DNA of 62,651 bases, filler included, from Choristocarpus tenellus KU-1152 (GCA_964200185.2; 11 parts of 11 records of this genome joined end to end with filler, not necessarily neighbours in it), one strand, 5' to 3'; shown: positions 1 through 13,971, numbered from the whole stretch's first letter. The notes: generated by a model from the sequence alone, not told the origin. Translations and numbers: made by a program.

Positions 1-71
1 CCAAAAAACGTGACATGAAAAAATTGACCCCAAATGGACAGCCGCCACCCCCCTCCAGATACTTTGCACCA
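1..71. mobile_element. Terminal fragment of Sola-like MITE, long/poly-G subfamily
   Basis: tgaccccaaatggacagccgccacccccctccagatactttg matches 13925-13967 and the reverse complement of 62497-62550. Confidence 0.75.
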
Positions 72-578
72 CAGGTTGCTGACTCAGTATACATTCTATT
101 ACCCAGACAACACACTTGTCCGGAGCAGTTTCTGGAATTAATTCTTAAGAAGTCCAGAATCCTATCCCTGCAAAGCTCTAAAGCTGGGAAGGCAACCATC
201 AACATGAATGCACACATTATGCTGGATGGTGGATGTGAAGGACAGGGAGGTGAGTAGGATTGTGCCCCCCACAATCATTGCATTTGTACCCAGTAGTAGA
301 TTAAGGTGTTACTCAGGCCCTCGAAATTAACACTCTTAGGAATTGTTTGAAAAACTGGTATGACCATAATCATGCTTGAGAGAAATAAGACATCTACAGG
401 ATTGCATCCTTTATCTAAACACACACAGAAATGCACCTTGAATGAGCCTTGCACACAGCAATTCCCATCACATCCAACTTCCAATCACACCTTTAACTCA
501 CCCAAGAACAGCTACACCCCTAGTTCTCCCTATAAAGGTATACTCTCCTTACAGAAAAACGACACTAGATTGAACCAC

Positions 579-1572
579 CTGGAAAATTTTGTTGACCTTA
601 TTCTTGCTCATACGCCCGTCATCAAGAGGGCCTGCCAGCCTTTCAAGTAGTGCATTTTGCAGACCCTTCCGTAGCATACAGTGGATACCACGACTGTGTC
701 TGTCCTGTAGCTCATCCCAAAGTGCACGAATTACCTGTAACATAATATAGGTGCGGAATCACATTCATGAACAAGTGGCTCAATAACCGCTGGTTGTGCT
801 GGTTGAGCAATTCAGTTGACACGTCAAGCAAAATGCTTCAACTGCTGAAGGCGGGTTACATGGAGCGTGTACTGTGTCAAGTGTACATGGATTCTATATT
901 TGTGAAATGTTTGTATGTGTGGACTTGCATGTATCTATGTGTCTGAGTTTATGGTATGAAGTATGTCTGTGAACTCCTATATATCGGCTTGAGTCAAGGT
1001 TGTGAGTTTGCATATCACTGGCACACCATGTTGGGTAGGTCTCAACAAAGCAGTCAGTGACTTATTATAGCTCAACACCATCTACCAAAACGACCTTTGT
1101 TTATTGCATACAAGTCAACATAGTGCTCCAGGTTGCAGCTACATAAATGCCCAATACAGGAATATCGCCCAACACGGTAATAAAGTCCTTTCCCTTACAA
1201 GGAACCTTTCTCCCTAGAAATACTCCAGTCAAACGCCCTCCCCATTTTTCTCAGTTCACAGCCCACCACCTTGCTTACCTAGGCAGCTACACTTAAATCT
1301 TGTCACAAAGAGAAAATGCCAGAGGTCTCGCTAGATTCTGGTACAAACAGCACTTAACATCACATCAATTGTTGTATAGAACGGTGCTTTTGAGAGATAA
1401 GAGCAAGCCTACAGAATAAAGGGATCACCACAAAATAAAAAAGGTAAGTAATTGAACTCACCTCGTTGGAATAGGGCTCAAAGGTCAAGCTTTGCTTCTG
1501 CTCATCACAACAGCCAGAAAGGAACAGGAGAGTATGGGGTCGGGATAATAGCAAGGGGTTGTGGGTACAGAA
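579..1572 (-). CDS. Putative exons of an unidentified host gene (1462-1572 and 579-734)
   Basis: Two open phase-0 segments with cag acceptors and gt donors: FCTHNPLLLSRPHTLLFLSGCCDEQKQSLTFEPYSNE and VIRALWDELQDRHSRGIHCMLRKGLQNALLERLAGPLDDGRMSKNKVNKIFQ. No recognisable domain. Confidence 0.35.
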
Positions 1573-1899
1573 CTGAAGATGAACATATTGGACTGTAGAG
1601 CTCGGATCCAAGGGGTGGACGTCAAAAGGAAGTCACAAGAGGAAAGAGGTAGTGGCAAGTACATGGATTCACGGTTCAACTTGAACAAGGAGAATCTCGG
1701 CTCAATAGGAAGCAAGAGGAAAGAAGTTAGCGAATCGTAATATTAGAACGTTGCAGTCACTTGTCAGGCTTATCGGACATGTACACACACCCAGGGTTTG
1801 TAACCATATAGCCGTATGATCTTATTCTAGTTTCTTGGAGACGCTGGGTTCCGCACTAGGTGGATTCGGCGAAAGGACTGGAACAGGCTATCTTCTTCA

Positions 1900-4800
1900 T
1901 AGGTGCAGAAAGTTGTCCTCCAGAGAGAAAGTCTACGAGGTCAGTATCCTATTTCAAACCGCATACCACTGACATGAGTGTGTATATAATTTCTTCGGAG
2001 AAAAAAGCGAGTCTGTTCTTTGGGTGGGAGTCCACACACGCTGCTGTCACAAAGGCATACTGTTTATTGACCGTGAGGGATTCGTTCAACCCGAAACCTG
2101 GATACGTGCGTGCCGAACGTTGCATCCAATCTCCAGTCCCTCCATATGATGTTGATTTGAGTAGTAGCATACTTCACAAGATGGTAAAACTGGGTGAGAA
2201 AGGAGAATAGAAACCTAGGTTCGCTGTGTCGCCATCAATTCATGGCTCATTTGTGGCAGAGAGAAGGTTGTGTCGCAGTACTATCGACCACTAGAACCCA
2301 CTCACTCTGAGAGCAGCCTTGACAGCCGCGAACCGTGTTTCCCTGGACGCATGACTTATAGAAGTGCGCTGGCTTTTCCTTGTCGCCCGAGGATGATACA
2401 TATTCTGAGTCGCCCAATCTCAATCCCTGCTGACCCGCGAAGTACCTTTGCCGTCGTTGCTGTAAAAGCCTCGTGAGCAACACCACATCTCAAGGAGCAC
2501 AGCTTGGGTTTACGCCTTTCACAACGCAAGAAAAAACTTGGATGACCTGGGACTCCAACTCGCACGATTCAGGATCGCTGTGTTAAGAGCCCCTCAATTT
2601 CCCACACACACGGTCCTTTTCCTCGTCCACCTTGAAGCGGGCACTAGTTGTCCATCCAAAAAATATCCCCCCCTACCACCCGATAGAGCACCACCAAACG
2701 CTCTATCTCCAAGTCTTCAATTGTTATACCCCTAAAGGCAGTATTGTCGGGACTATATACAAATTGTCGAAACTGTTGGTACAGGAATCCTGGAGTTATT
2801 GGTGGAATCACTATTGGCAGTCCGAGGTTTCGTTGTTCCTGAGTTGGCTGTTGAGATAAGAGGGAAAAATTACTCTCTCAAAGAATTATCAAAGCGGAGG
2901 AAGGCGAGCGAAACGCGCGGGACAACCAACGGCCACACTGTATTGTAGAATGGCATCAAAATTTTCTCAGTGGCATTACAAAAATCTTGGTTTAGGGTCC
3001 TTTATTCGCTTTTCTTTCTCCAATATTAATGGGTAAACAAATTGATTCTGTGGTTGTAGAGACAACTGACACAAACGACATGTAACATATGGTTTGAAAA
3101 AAGTGTGAACCAATAATAATATGACATAAATATCATTAATAGAAAGATACCCCATTCATGCAACTTCCTCCTTTCCAAACAAATCAAGAGTTGGGGATGA
3201 CTCCTCAAGCATGCATTTTATGCATTTCATCCCAAGACAGGAGGGAAGGTCAGCGAGGGGGTACTGATCTATAGCTTTTTCCGAGACTTAAGGGATGACC
3301 CTTGTTGGTGGGGTAGTTGGTATTGAGGATTCGGTGTGAGCTTTTGCCTTGTGAAGTCCTTTCAATGGAAAGTCCACACTAGAATTCGGTAAGTTATTAG
3401 GGAGTATTACTCTAGTGGTTGCTGCGATGTGTACTAGAAAGGGTCGTTTAGGAAAACCCTCGCAAACCTTGGTCAGAACAAGGAAGACAAAATGAAAGCA
3501 TTGTTATCAATGGTGGCAAATGCTTTTGCATTTCTTTAGATTTCTCTGTGTCACCTCTAACCACAATACTTCAGAAGATCGGGGTAATGTACGAGAACAC
3601 AATTCAGTAAAAAGGGTGAGAAGGCATAACAGTAAGCGGTGTAACAAGGGAGAGTGACAAGAGGAAACACCCAGTCCTGCATTTGCTGATCTGGAGGGTT
3701 TCTATCCCTCTCAACGAAATCGATACTGCTAATCAATGACAACAAGCTTTCCGCACCTTGGCAAAACCACCTCGAACTTGCGCTGTTGAGTCTCTGGTGA
3801 AGTGGTATTTGCGCAATTTGTGACGCCAGTTACTTGTGGATATTCTTCCTTGTCTGGAATTGGAGAGGAAACAATTTGGTACAAGCAATAATCGGTACTG
3901 TGTGGGATCGCATATTAAGCTGGTATCCTTGACATTGGATGAATTGATCAGCTACATACCTACAAATCTAGAACTCTAAAGAAATGAGATGTTGACTCAT
4001 AAGCGTTTCTACTACAAGGGAGTATTTTAGGTGATATTTGCACGCTTTCGGGCTATCACTCCCCAATCTCACTCATCGCTTTGATGTGGGCGACGTGTCG
4101 TAGGATGGTGTTCAAACCTACAATTTTCTGTGCGCTTATATTGCGATGACCAAGAGTTGTTCCGTGTGGTTCCGGTTTTCGGCTGTTCGGATGTGTCAGC
4201 AAAGGAGAAGAGGCTAGGACTCGCTTTACCATAGTGGCCAATGAGGGGGGTTGAGTCCCTTCGTTCCTACGGGCTATTCCCCTCCCCTGCTACGACTTCC
4301 GTATCTTCCACCTCTGAGGAACAGGCAAGAGCTTGCCTGTTCCTCCATAAGTCTGCATTGGATTCACATATATATATGGCCATTGGGACTCTTCTTGAAT
4401 TGGAGAATGCCCCACACAGAAATATTTATATATTGACCTCCAACAATTGCAAGGTGAAGCACATTCATGAGGACTGGATTCGGTGTATTGGAATGCTGCT
4501 GTGGCTTTCGATTCTCGTTTGTTGTGGGCCTATGTATGGTATGTTTGAGATTTTGAGGATTCAAAGTGGCTCACTTGAACAATTGTTGAACTACAAACGT
4601 TCAGCTCCTCCTATCTCCCTTCTCTTAATGCTGTACAGTCTTGCAGGTGAAAGAATACGGAGAATATTTAGAGTAAACTCGAGATTGATAGCCATAAAAT
4701 CGGAGTTTTCAGTGAAGAACAATAAAATAGTCTTTAAAACAGGTAGTTGGAGCACTTGTAGCCCTTTTTACAATAAGAGACGGTTGCTCGAACCGATACC

Positions 4801-5100
4801 GCACTCATTGTGCATAGAAGTGTACTGTTTTAATCGTGCCTTAATAAATTTGCCCATAGAAAGGCAAACAGCTCCGTGCAACCTATATTTCCTCATATCC
4901 AACCTTACCCTTTCCTTAGTTCCAGTACGAGGATCAAGGTTGACGTGTCATTCCTGTTGGATCAATTTGAAGAAGAAGAGAAGATATCTTCCCATAAATG
5001 TTTATCTTCTAACACTACGTGCCCCATCCCTCTGTTAATACTGTCGCTGCTCCATAAAGATTTTTAAAAGCTGTATTCTCTTTAGATTACTTCACAGCTG
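1900..5100 (-). mobile_element. Highly degenerate Ty3/gypsy pol remnant (RT connection, RNase H, integrase)
   Basis: Minus-strand relics in gypsy order: VLASSPLLTHPN (~4200, like L..P.L.HPD), KAMSEIG (~4070, like TDAS..GIG), WRHKLRKYHF (~3810, like RW..KL..Y.F), CERRK (~2520) and RTYPGFGLNESL (~2090, like AYHPQ.NGL.ER). Many stops and frameshifts. Confidence 0.55.
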
Positions 5101-5489
5101 ATACTATAAGTGCAGTACCCTTAATCTGTCTCTTCCACATACTACGTACTACTAAGTATTTAGCAAAGTGTCCCCGTGGAGTTGGTATATGGTACAGTAG
5201 TAGGATCATTTGTGATCTTCCTCCTCTTGTTGACCACACTTGTGTGTACCTACAAAGTGTTCTTATTATGATTTTATTTTGTCAGTTCCATTGTGTTCCC
5301 GCAAAGAAATGTTCTTCCTACCCGTCCAGCTTTTGATAGTTCAATAATGCACATTGTCTCCCTATCATCTCCTGGCCAATGATGAAGGTGAACAAATTGT
5401 CGTGATCGCTTTACTTGTACAGTTCCTGACACACTACTGCGTGGTTTGATTGGACTGAAGAGATGGCAACCACGAATTATTGTTGTTTT

Positions 5490-5658
5490 GGGTCAAAGTA
5501 TCTCGGGGGGGGTGTCGGCGTCTGTTTTTTACCCTTTTTTAGATTTTCACTTTTTTGGTGTGATTTGGTCGCACGTGTCAGATTTTAAATGTTAGCCAAA
5601 AAAAAAGTTGTTTGACCGAAACGAACGCCTCCTCACAACCCCCCCCGCCCTTTCTCTC
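5490..5658. mobile_element. Terminal fragment of Sola-like element running into contig end
   Basis: gggtcaaagtatctcggggggg matches the family terminus (G..YCAAAGTATCT followed by a poly-G run). Confidence 0.6.
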
Positions 5659-5758
5659 NNNNNNNNNNNNNNNNNNNNNNNNNNNNNNNNNNNNNNNNNN
5701 NNTTAATTAATTAANNNNNNNNNNNNNNNNNNNNNNNNNNNNNNNNNNNNNNNNNNNN
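5659..5758. other. Artificial contig spacer (N44-TTAATTAATTAA-N44); identical spacers at 13674-13773, 20779-20878, 25951-26050, 28749-28848, 31603-31702, 35489-35588, 50586-50685, 54256-54355, 58617-58716
   Basis: Ten identical 100-bp blocks with a central TTAATTAATTAA (stop codons in all six frames) flanked by Ns; this is a standard concatenation linker. Confidence 0.98.
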
Positions 5759-7120
5759 ATGGTAGCATGACTCAGGAAGAAAGGCACTTTTCACGAGAAA
5801 TTTTTACACGCGCGCCAAACTCGCGTGAATATCTCTGTGATTTTGTGCCAAATCGCCCGAATTCCGGTACAAAAGTCTATTTTTTGAGCATGTCAAAAAA
5901 GCGGTACAAAATTGCATATTTGTTTATTTGGTTCATAATTTTGGCCCAAAATAGGGGCACCTACTGTATTCAGTTGGTGGTGATGGTGGTGATGGTGGTG
6001 ATGGTGGTGTTGGTGGCTTAGGAACTGCTTTGGTGCGATACACCACATCATCAAGCATTATTTTCCAAAAGAGAAAAGAGATGTGATAAGAGCAACCAGC
6101 GCCAAGTTTCACCTCACAACAGACGTCGCAGCAGTGTGCATGGATGTGAGCTCGAGGGAATTTAATGGACAACGAACATAATATGGGATGAATTTTGTGG
6201 AACTTTATGAATACTAAGTAAACATCATTATTAACCCCCCCTGATGTTTCGGACATGTATGTGTCCATAAAGAGCGAAAAAGAGGTCAGAAATATGTAAC
6301 ACTAGAATTTCTACTGTATATTCAAAAGTTGTAAGTTGTTCCTACGCTAAGATTACTCCCTAAAAGTATGCACTATTTGAAAACTAACTATACAATAATG
6401 TCCCCTTTGGATAATGTTCTCTACTTTGACGCAATGAACATAGGCGAGGAGGTAGGGAAGCCCAGGAATATGCCAGACCCTTCTTACCCACTTGGTTGAT
6501 GTCTCTAGGTTGAAACGCATGACCCGTCTCGAAAGAACCACTTACTTGTCGTGTGGTAAGGAAGGCTATCACATGTCTCAAACGAGACTTGACAACAAAA
6601 CAGTATTAATTGTTAGTCGTGCAACATTATGGTGTGCCAGGAGGAAGTTCAGTACAGGAGGAACACCAAAACACACCTTTTCGCAATTGTTGCCTTTTTT
6701 TCGCGATGTATTAGTTATTATTTTCTAGTCTGTATTGAAATTTATGAACTTCTCACAAAAAAATCACAGAAAAAAAAGGGGACACTCCATTGACAACAAA
6801 TACAAACGAAAAATAACTCCCGAAATTCCCCGATCATAACATTTCCACTCAATTTTTTCACACATTCTTCCACCTCAAGATACAAAAATGGGACTTGATA
6901 TACCTCAAACTTTCGTGACATTTTTTGGATCCTGTTTGTTACCACCACGAATTTTCAAGTAATTTCCACCTTGTTTTCGACCTCCCACACTTCACCAAGA
7001 ATGTTGTAGGAAAAGTACGGCACACCACTATTTTATTTATATTAACACTAATATCTTCTTCCCCCACACTTATCCAGTCTCTCGTATAATATCAATAGTA
7101 TTGTGAAACAGATGTTATCA

Positions 7121-7673
7121 GCTTGTTTCCATCTGTTTCACAGTGGCGACGACGGCAATCGTTCTGAAGTGAGCGAGTACTGTTACAGTACTTTGAGGGA
7201 AACTCTGAGTATATTGCCTGTACTTTGAGCACCACATATGCCACATCATTCTGATTGGCATATAGTTCGATCAAGGAAAAGACGGAGTACGTTCCAGACT
7301 ACCGCAAATCGTTTTCAGAGCTTCATGGCGGAGGAATACAAATAAAACGAACCAGATGAACACCTATTGCCACCATTTCACGACCAAGATCCCTTATCAT
7401 TTGATGAGGTTATTCTGGAAGATGAAAGAAACCTTTTGGTTCACAAATTATCCGGGATATTTGTGGACACTGATTTCCGAGTGGTGGATCAGCGGGTGGT
7501 TCAACAATTGATGTCGGCGGATAATCACCTGCTTAGTCAAAATCCCTTACCGCTAAGCCCTCCTGTTACCCAGACTGCTCACGTATCCTCCACAAGGTCT
7601 CTCACAACTCCGCCAGCACCATCTTCCACACGATCCTGCCGTCGTCACCACTGTGAAACAGATGGAAACAAGC
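7121..7673. repeat. ~42-bp inverted repeat pair (7121-7161 / 7631-7673) around a ~470-bp spacer
   Basis: gcttgtttccatctgtttcacagtggcgacgacggcaatcg is the near-exact reverse complement of cgatcctgccgtcgtcaccactgtgaaacagatggaaacaagc. Confidence 0.9.
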
Positions 7674-8804
7674 CGACAGGTTCTTCGTACTGATTGAAGG
7701 GGAGCGGGAAGACCCACAGGAGGCAAGGTCAAAGAGAGAGACAAGTCAAGAGGAAGAGCAATCCCTCAGAAGATCACTTGGGAAAGGAGTGTTCCAGTGG
7801 TAACTGAATGAGGAGGGTTTTGGTAAGGTCACTCCAAACCACCCGATCTTACTTCAAGCAGATGTTACCTTCAACATGTAAGAACAAATGTCATATAAAT
7901 ACCAGAATCTTCCAGATAGGTCACCTTCTGGTTAAAACTTATGTGGAAGATGGCTCTCACAGTATGACACAATATCAAAACACGCCTTAACAAAATCTTA
8001 TTTTAAGCACTTAACAAGTGTGTGGTGGAACGATGAAATGAAATCCACTCATCAAGCCCCAGTTATTTATTTTATTGTCCCTCCTGCGATGTTGGTGGTG
8101 GTCTATTCAAATTGGCGATGTGATCCCCAATGTTGCTTACAGCGAACACACAAGGGAAACCCCCAAAATACGATAACATATTACCTCCGACCCACATTTG
8201 TCACACTTGCTGCGAACGTTGGTTCGATCCTATACCTCCCTTCCCATACCAACAATGAGCTAGTAAATGTTGCTACCCTCTCTTTCCCCCCTACACCAAT
8301 AACCACAAAAAATAAAGTATGACCTTAGCATCAGTCCTTCTACTGAATATACTAGAATTTCAGGATAGTTTAGAAATATTATTTTCTAAACTTCTATGGT
8401 TTAATGCCGTTATCATAATTTTATTAATTATTAAGAATGTTGAATTGTTTGAACGTGGCAAATAAATCGATTATCTGAAGTCAAATACTACCCTTTCTAC
8501 ATACAATGCCAAATATAGGGTATATATATTATTGATCCTCCAAATCATGCCAACTTACGAGATACACTAAATGTACCAGGTTCCCCACTCCCCCAAAGAG
8601 CAACGCCCTACTCCTCCACAATGTAAAGATAAGTCAGAAATGTCAAACCTACCCACCCAATCTCCTCTGTCTCCTCTGCTACGATATTCAACTCCCAATG
8701 AACTGATGCATACAGTACTAGAAGTTGCTGTCAAGAGTATTCAACAGTCAGTTAACACGATCGCTTGGGGGGAAGTAAACTTTTACCATGACCCTGACGC
8801 AACA

Positions 8805-11760
8805 CTAGACATTGGACTCCAGCAGTGTTTTGTCCTCTGACCCCAAGGGGAAAGGAATCTCCACCATGTCCAAGAAGCAATTCAGTAAATCTGGAAGATG
8901 CAAGAAACGTATGTTATATGCTGTATGATAAGCCGCTTCCAATTCTGGATCTACATTACCAAAGAGTAAAGGTCTGAGCTCAAAGCACAAAACACCCTTC
9001 CCATCTCTAGTGTATTTTGTGGACCATGCAGTTATAGTTCCCCTCCATGAAAGAATATTCAGTGTTGAACACCACAAAGGAGAGTATCTCTGTTCGTGGA
9101 TCCATGCCCACACCATGGAGAAAATATATGAACATTCCTTGAACGTCTACGCTTGAAAAATAAACTTAGATGTCGACATAGGAGTGAGCAGGTGTGGTAT
9201 GTGTGTGTCACCTGGACCAGAACTTTATTATGTCCAGTGTCTGGAGAAATTATTTACAGTGGTGGGCAGGAGAATCCGATGAGGACAGAGAGACATTCGG
9301 TGAAAGTTGTGAGTGAAAGTATCTTAGAGGGTACGAGTTTTGCCCTGTTTGTCCATTTGGGACTTGACTTCCCATGGTGTATTTTTATTACATTTTCCTA
9401 CTCCAAAATGTTTTGGAATAGGAAAAATGTATATGTTATGAAAAGGTGTGTCCGAAGCAAGAAGATTGACACCTCCTAACAAACACAATAGCCAAAATTA
9501 CATCAAAATCGTAACATTGGATTTTGACCCCCAAATGGACGCGACCCTACCCTCTAAGATACTTTGGCTCTTGTGGTCATAGAGGTATAACAAAAATAGC
9601 TTGGGGATTGTAGTGGGTCTACATACGGATGTACTATCATTGCAAGCACAAAATTATGTCACCAACATAAGCAAAAGAGTATATGCAGAGAAGAAGAGCA
9701 TGCACCATGCACTCAGAGGGAATGCGGAAACCCTGGGGCAGGACAATCTCCCTTTTTTCCAGAGCTAGAACACTTCCACGTGTTTTGACCACCGTGCTCT
9801 GTCAGAAATGTCATGGACAACGCAGCCCTCAACACTCTTCACAGAGAACTGAAGGATATTGTAGAGTATACCCCTTAGAGTGGTGCTCATGTGAAGGGAG
9901 AGCCTGTGGCCCCAAGTTGGGATTTTCAGTATATGCTCATCTGCACAACTGCCATGAATGCTGCAAAGGTGAGATCATGTATGACCAGAACCACTGCAAC
10001 AGGAACAGTGCAATGCAATATATTAGTTTTCTTTGACAATATTCCTAAGATGGCGTCAAGAGGAAGAGGAGGTGCAGGCGCACTGTCGCCTAATACTTCC
10101 AGTTCACTCCCTGATTCTCTTGATACCATCCTAGAAACGGTGTTCATGTAAAGAGTAGTCCTGTACTGTGCCATAGCTGAAGGGGTGGTCGATGTTAAGC
10201 ATGATCCCGCCTTAACAGGAAGTGCATCGAAGATTTGCCGATTTCATGCATGATGTACAAACGTGCAAGGTTGACATAAAGGTGTATTAGTTGGTTTCAA
10301 AGTGAAAGAGGACATGCATAGACATGACTGTCAGGATACTTACGCTTGACGCAACAATAAAAAAGTGTAGCTAACCACCTGTCTTATTTTGGTAACCTCC
10401 CGCCATGCAGTGGTGAAAATGGCAACTGCTTTGGAGAAAATCTGAACTTCAGCACAAAGCCCTCCTATAGAGCGAAAGTGTAGAATGTAGGCTAAGGGGT
10501 CCACCAAGGTTAAGTCAGGTTCTCTGCCGTGAGGTTGACACAAGAATAGAGAACAGGATGTGCTTGGAAGTCTTTACCTATGGCATTGAGTATATTCAGG
10601 TCAACTTCCTACATTCTACTTACTCACATAGTCTTCATCGGCACAGATTCGTCTAGAGTTTGGCGACATTTGTATGTTGGGGCAACCCTCTCCTGGAAAA
10701 TCCTGTTCTATGGCGATGGTCCAATTCTTTGCCAAAGGCATCTTCAGACGTGTGGAGCCTTTGCTATAGCTCCTGCAATAGACCTGGATGCATCTGAACC
10801 CATGATTACTTGCACTCTTCTTCTGTCCGTTGCATTTACCTTCATTGGAGAAGGGTCAATATATCATCATACTGCTGCATCCAAAAACGAATTCCTAATA
10901 CTAATAATTTCCATGCAGGGGCACTGGCAGACGCTGGAACTGCTCCCTACCGGGACAAAGGCCTTCTGCTTGATGTTACATTTTCAGAAGTGCAGGTCAC
11001 CTCCCATCTTGCACATCCATCCACCAGCAAAGGTGTAGCTGTTGCTGCAGCTGAGGCGCGAAAGCGCACCCACTATGAGGACTCGTTTGATCCTCATAGT
11101 TATAATAACCTCAACGCCTTTGCGGTGGAAAGTTTTGGGCGCCTCGGCAAGCAAGCGGAATGCTTCCTGGATGAGCTGGCTACAGACATGGTGGGGGAGG
11201 GGAAGAACCGAAGGATATAACAGGAAAGGAGCGGTTACATCCCGGCTACGCCAAATTGTCTCAGTAACTACGCAAATGGCACTGTCTAGATGCGTCATGC
11301 TTTTAAAGCTGAAGTCACCAGGGAGATGGGCACGGAGGTGTTTATTGGATTCTTGGGATGCCTCTCTAGTTCCTCGCCCTGAGGGACAGGAATAGGTAGA
11401 TTGGAGGAGCAGGAAGGCAGTGGTATAACAAATGTAAATAGTAGTAAAATAGCAAATAGATCAAAAAAAAAAATCATTTGTGACATATTTTATTTCTTTA
11501 GGGCTTATACTGACATGTGAATAGTTCCCCCCTGAAACATCTGGAAAATGTCAGAGGGCATGATAATAAAAATATTCACGAACTGCAAATCCTAAGGTTA
11601 GGTATTAAAAATTAACGAATACTTACTTGAAAGTAATATTTGAAAATCGTTCCAAGCACGACAATGAACATGCAAGACCATGACGAACATGGAAGAAACA
11701 CAGCCCAGAAGATATTAAAGAAGGCTGATGGCACTGTGACGTAAACGTTGTGTGCTCCCT
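8805..11760 (-). CDS. Putative exons of an unidentified host gene in contig 2 (about 11626-11750, 10629-10773, 10345-10523, 10030-10160, 8810-8985)
   Basis: Several minus-strand protein-like open segments, some ending at gtaagt/gtgagt donors, e.g. ...SCLERFSNITFK, ...QMSPNSRRICADEDY, ...SYTFLLLRQA and ELRPLLFGNVDPELEAAYHTAYNIRFLHLPDLL. I could not establish a full phase-consistent model. Confidence 0.3.
9311..9570 (+). mobile_element. Sola-like MITE, complete, 260 bp, TSD TTGT
   Basis: TIRs gagtgaaagtatcttagagggta ... taccctctaagatactttggctc; flanked by ttgt at 9307-9310 and 9571-9574. Confidence 0.9.
10916..11573 (+). mobile_element. 5'-truncated non-LTR retrotransposon, CRE-like (restriction-like endonuclease C-terminus + 3' UTR + tail)
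   Basis: Translation GLLLDVTF...AAAEARKRTHY...FAVESFGRLGKQAECFLDELA..., then (frameshift) RLRQIVSVTTQMALSR. This fits the D...E..K..KY...P/AVE..G RLE pattern. Ends in ccctgaaacatctggaaaatgtcagagggcatgataataaaa. Confidence 0.8.
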
Positions 11761-13773
11761 ACATTGATGACGACATATACTTCTTTGAAGAAACTCTGAA
11801 ATATCAAACAATATTCTCTGAGGCAGGTGGAGTCAGCCGACGTTACTTCTTGAGGTTTGCTTTGTATGTCACGTCCGTCCAACAACTCCCTCACCATAAT
11901 ACTTGAGTTTGCTTTGACCTATAGGGTTAGGGATGCCAATTCATGTCTCCTAATAAATATTACCATTTTGTACACGTCTAAATAAAAGGTGAACCTTTCC
12001 TTTTTATCTACTTGAACCTTATTTCGGAAGAAACCGGTCCAGATTAGTAGGTAGGCATATGCCCGTATTTTGTAATTCTTGGTCTAATCCGAAAAATATG
12101 TAAGAGGCGAAAGGAAGTTAAGGGGCATCTTGGTGGTGTCAGCGGAAAAATGAATTTCGATGGACAGCACACGATATGACGTGATATTTAAGGTACTATG
12201 ATATTTTTTGAAGGGTGGAATTACACATCGTCCTGAAAAACAGCGACACTTCAAGGTTTGTACATGAGGAAGCATTTTACTTGCAGAGAACGTATGTTGA
12301 CACCCTTGTATGGGTATAGGTGGTCCTGGTGGGAGTGATAATGGACTCCAGAAACACGGAATTTCCTGCTGGGGTAGCAAGAAGTAATTTCAGTTTTTTG
12401 CACACAAGGCATGATAAGCGAAGAAAGCACAGATATTTGGTGCATTTTGCTCATTCGGGCACTGAATTATATATACCCCTGCATGTTGTTGCGCAAGACT
12501 GGCCTTCAACTTCTAGATGTTTGTTGCAATTTGGATCACTAAAGAATTAAAGCATTGAAGCGATCTGGCTCATAGATCTTCATTTAATTCCATATACAAA
12601 TTGCCATGTCTCCATCCACGTCTTCGTCCACCTCCTCCTCCTCCTGACCTTCATCATTCTCTTTCATACCTTCCTCAATCTCTGACACTCAAGGAATGTC
12701 ATTCTTGGTTCAGGGGGAGCAACGAGATTCTCCTCCCTCAGCTCGCTTTCTTCGCCCTTCCCAACCATGTTCAGCTTCAACTTCTTCATATGGGAACATT
12801 TGACAGCTTCATCCAACGCTAGCAACTCGACCTTTCCCTTCTTCCTTTTGGTACACTGGACTCCTTCCTCACATTCTTCCCGTTTAATGCTTCCCCAAAA
12901 TCTAGTAACAACCCTTCACGAAACCCAATTTTGATACCGTGTGCGAGATCACTTGTAATTCGTGAACCACTATGAACTGTGTGGAACTGAGACCTTGGGC
13001 TCTAAATATCATTCCCACCTACCAGATGGAAGAAGAATCTGCCGCTTCATTGGACATTATCAGATTGAGATTATTCCCAATCCGATATAGGTCAATCCCG
13101 AAACCGACCTCTCAACTTCTAGGCGCCATTGTGCAACCACTAGGACTCCCCTACATAAGAAAAGTGTACCTGTGGAACGCCAGGATCCTGATCTTTCCAA
13201 TGCGCCACTCAATGTCCATGGGTTGTGAGGTCTTCACTAGTGAAAGTGGCGTAGCCATAATTTGATTAAGGGTTACAGTTTTTTTTCATGCAACTTGCCT
13301 TCGGTACTTTTCTTGGTTCTGACACTTGATGTTTATCTGGTCTTTCAGTATGACTATTATCGTACGCACTGAGAGGCTTAAGTCGAGCGTTTGTATGGCT
13401 TCGGATTTCTACGACACCCTTGGTGTTTTTCTCCTTGGGATCCTTTGGTTGTGGGACTGGATGCGATTGGTTCTCTTTTCTAGAGTTGGAAGGTTCTAGC
13501 TGTTTGTGTATACTTATCCACTTCTCACCCCCAATATAGAGCCTCATCTCTTACCCTGTAGACACCCTGCTATGAGACTTTTTAACACCCTCTTCTCTTC
13601 TCTTCTTCAGAGGAGAGGCAGGTTAAAATGATGGGACCCAAAATAACTGTGGGGGGGGGGGGGGGGGGTGCTCNNNNNNNNNNNNNNNNNNNNNNNNNNN
13701 NNNNNNNNNNNNNNNNNTTAATTAATTAANNNNNNNNNNNNNNNNNNNNNNNNNNNNNNNNNNNNNNNNNNNN

Positions 13774-13971
13774 AGCGGCGGGCCGGGGGGAGGGGAGGGC
13801 GGCGCAGGGGGGAGGGTGGTCTTCACCAGGGTGTCCATTTGGACCAAAATCAGGAAAAAATGTATTTACATTATCCATCCGACGTATGCAACCAAATCAC
13901 CGAAATATTGCGACATGAAAAAAATGACCCCAAATGGACAGCCGCTACCCCCCTCCCAGATACTTTGAGCC
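13774..13971. mobile_element. Sola-like MITE (long subfamily), one end, truncated by contig start
   Basis: ccagggtgtccatttggaccaaaatcagg...cccagatactttgagcc; reverse complement of 62497-62651 and 58427-58580. Confidence 0.8.

Noticed and set aside
4241-5038. 265-aa plus-strand ORF
   Set aside because: No recognisable motif; it lies antisense to the decayed gypsy pol.
5703-5714. Recurring TTAATTAATTAA motif as a biological site
   Set aside because: Always centred in 88 Ns; it is an assembly linker.
12600-13550. Purine-rich, Glu/Lys-rich coding-like minus-strand stretch
   Set aside because: Interrupted by stops in the frames I checked, with no identifiable family or splice model.
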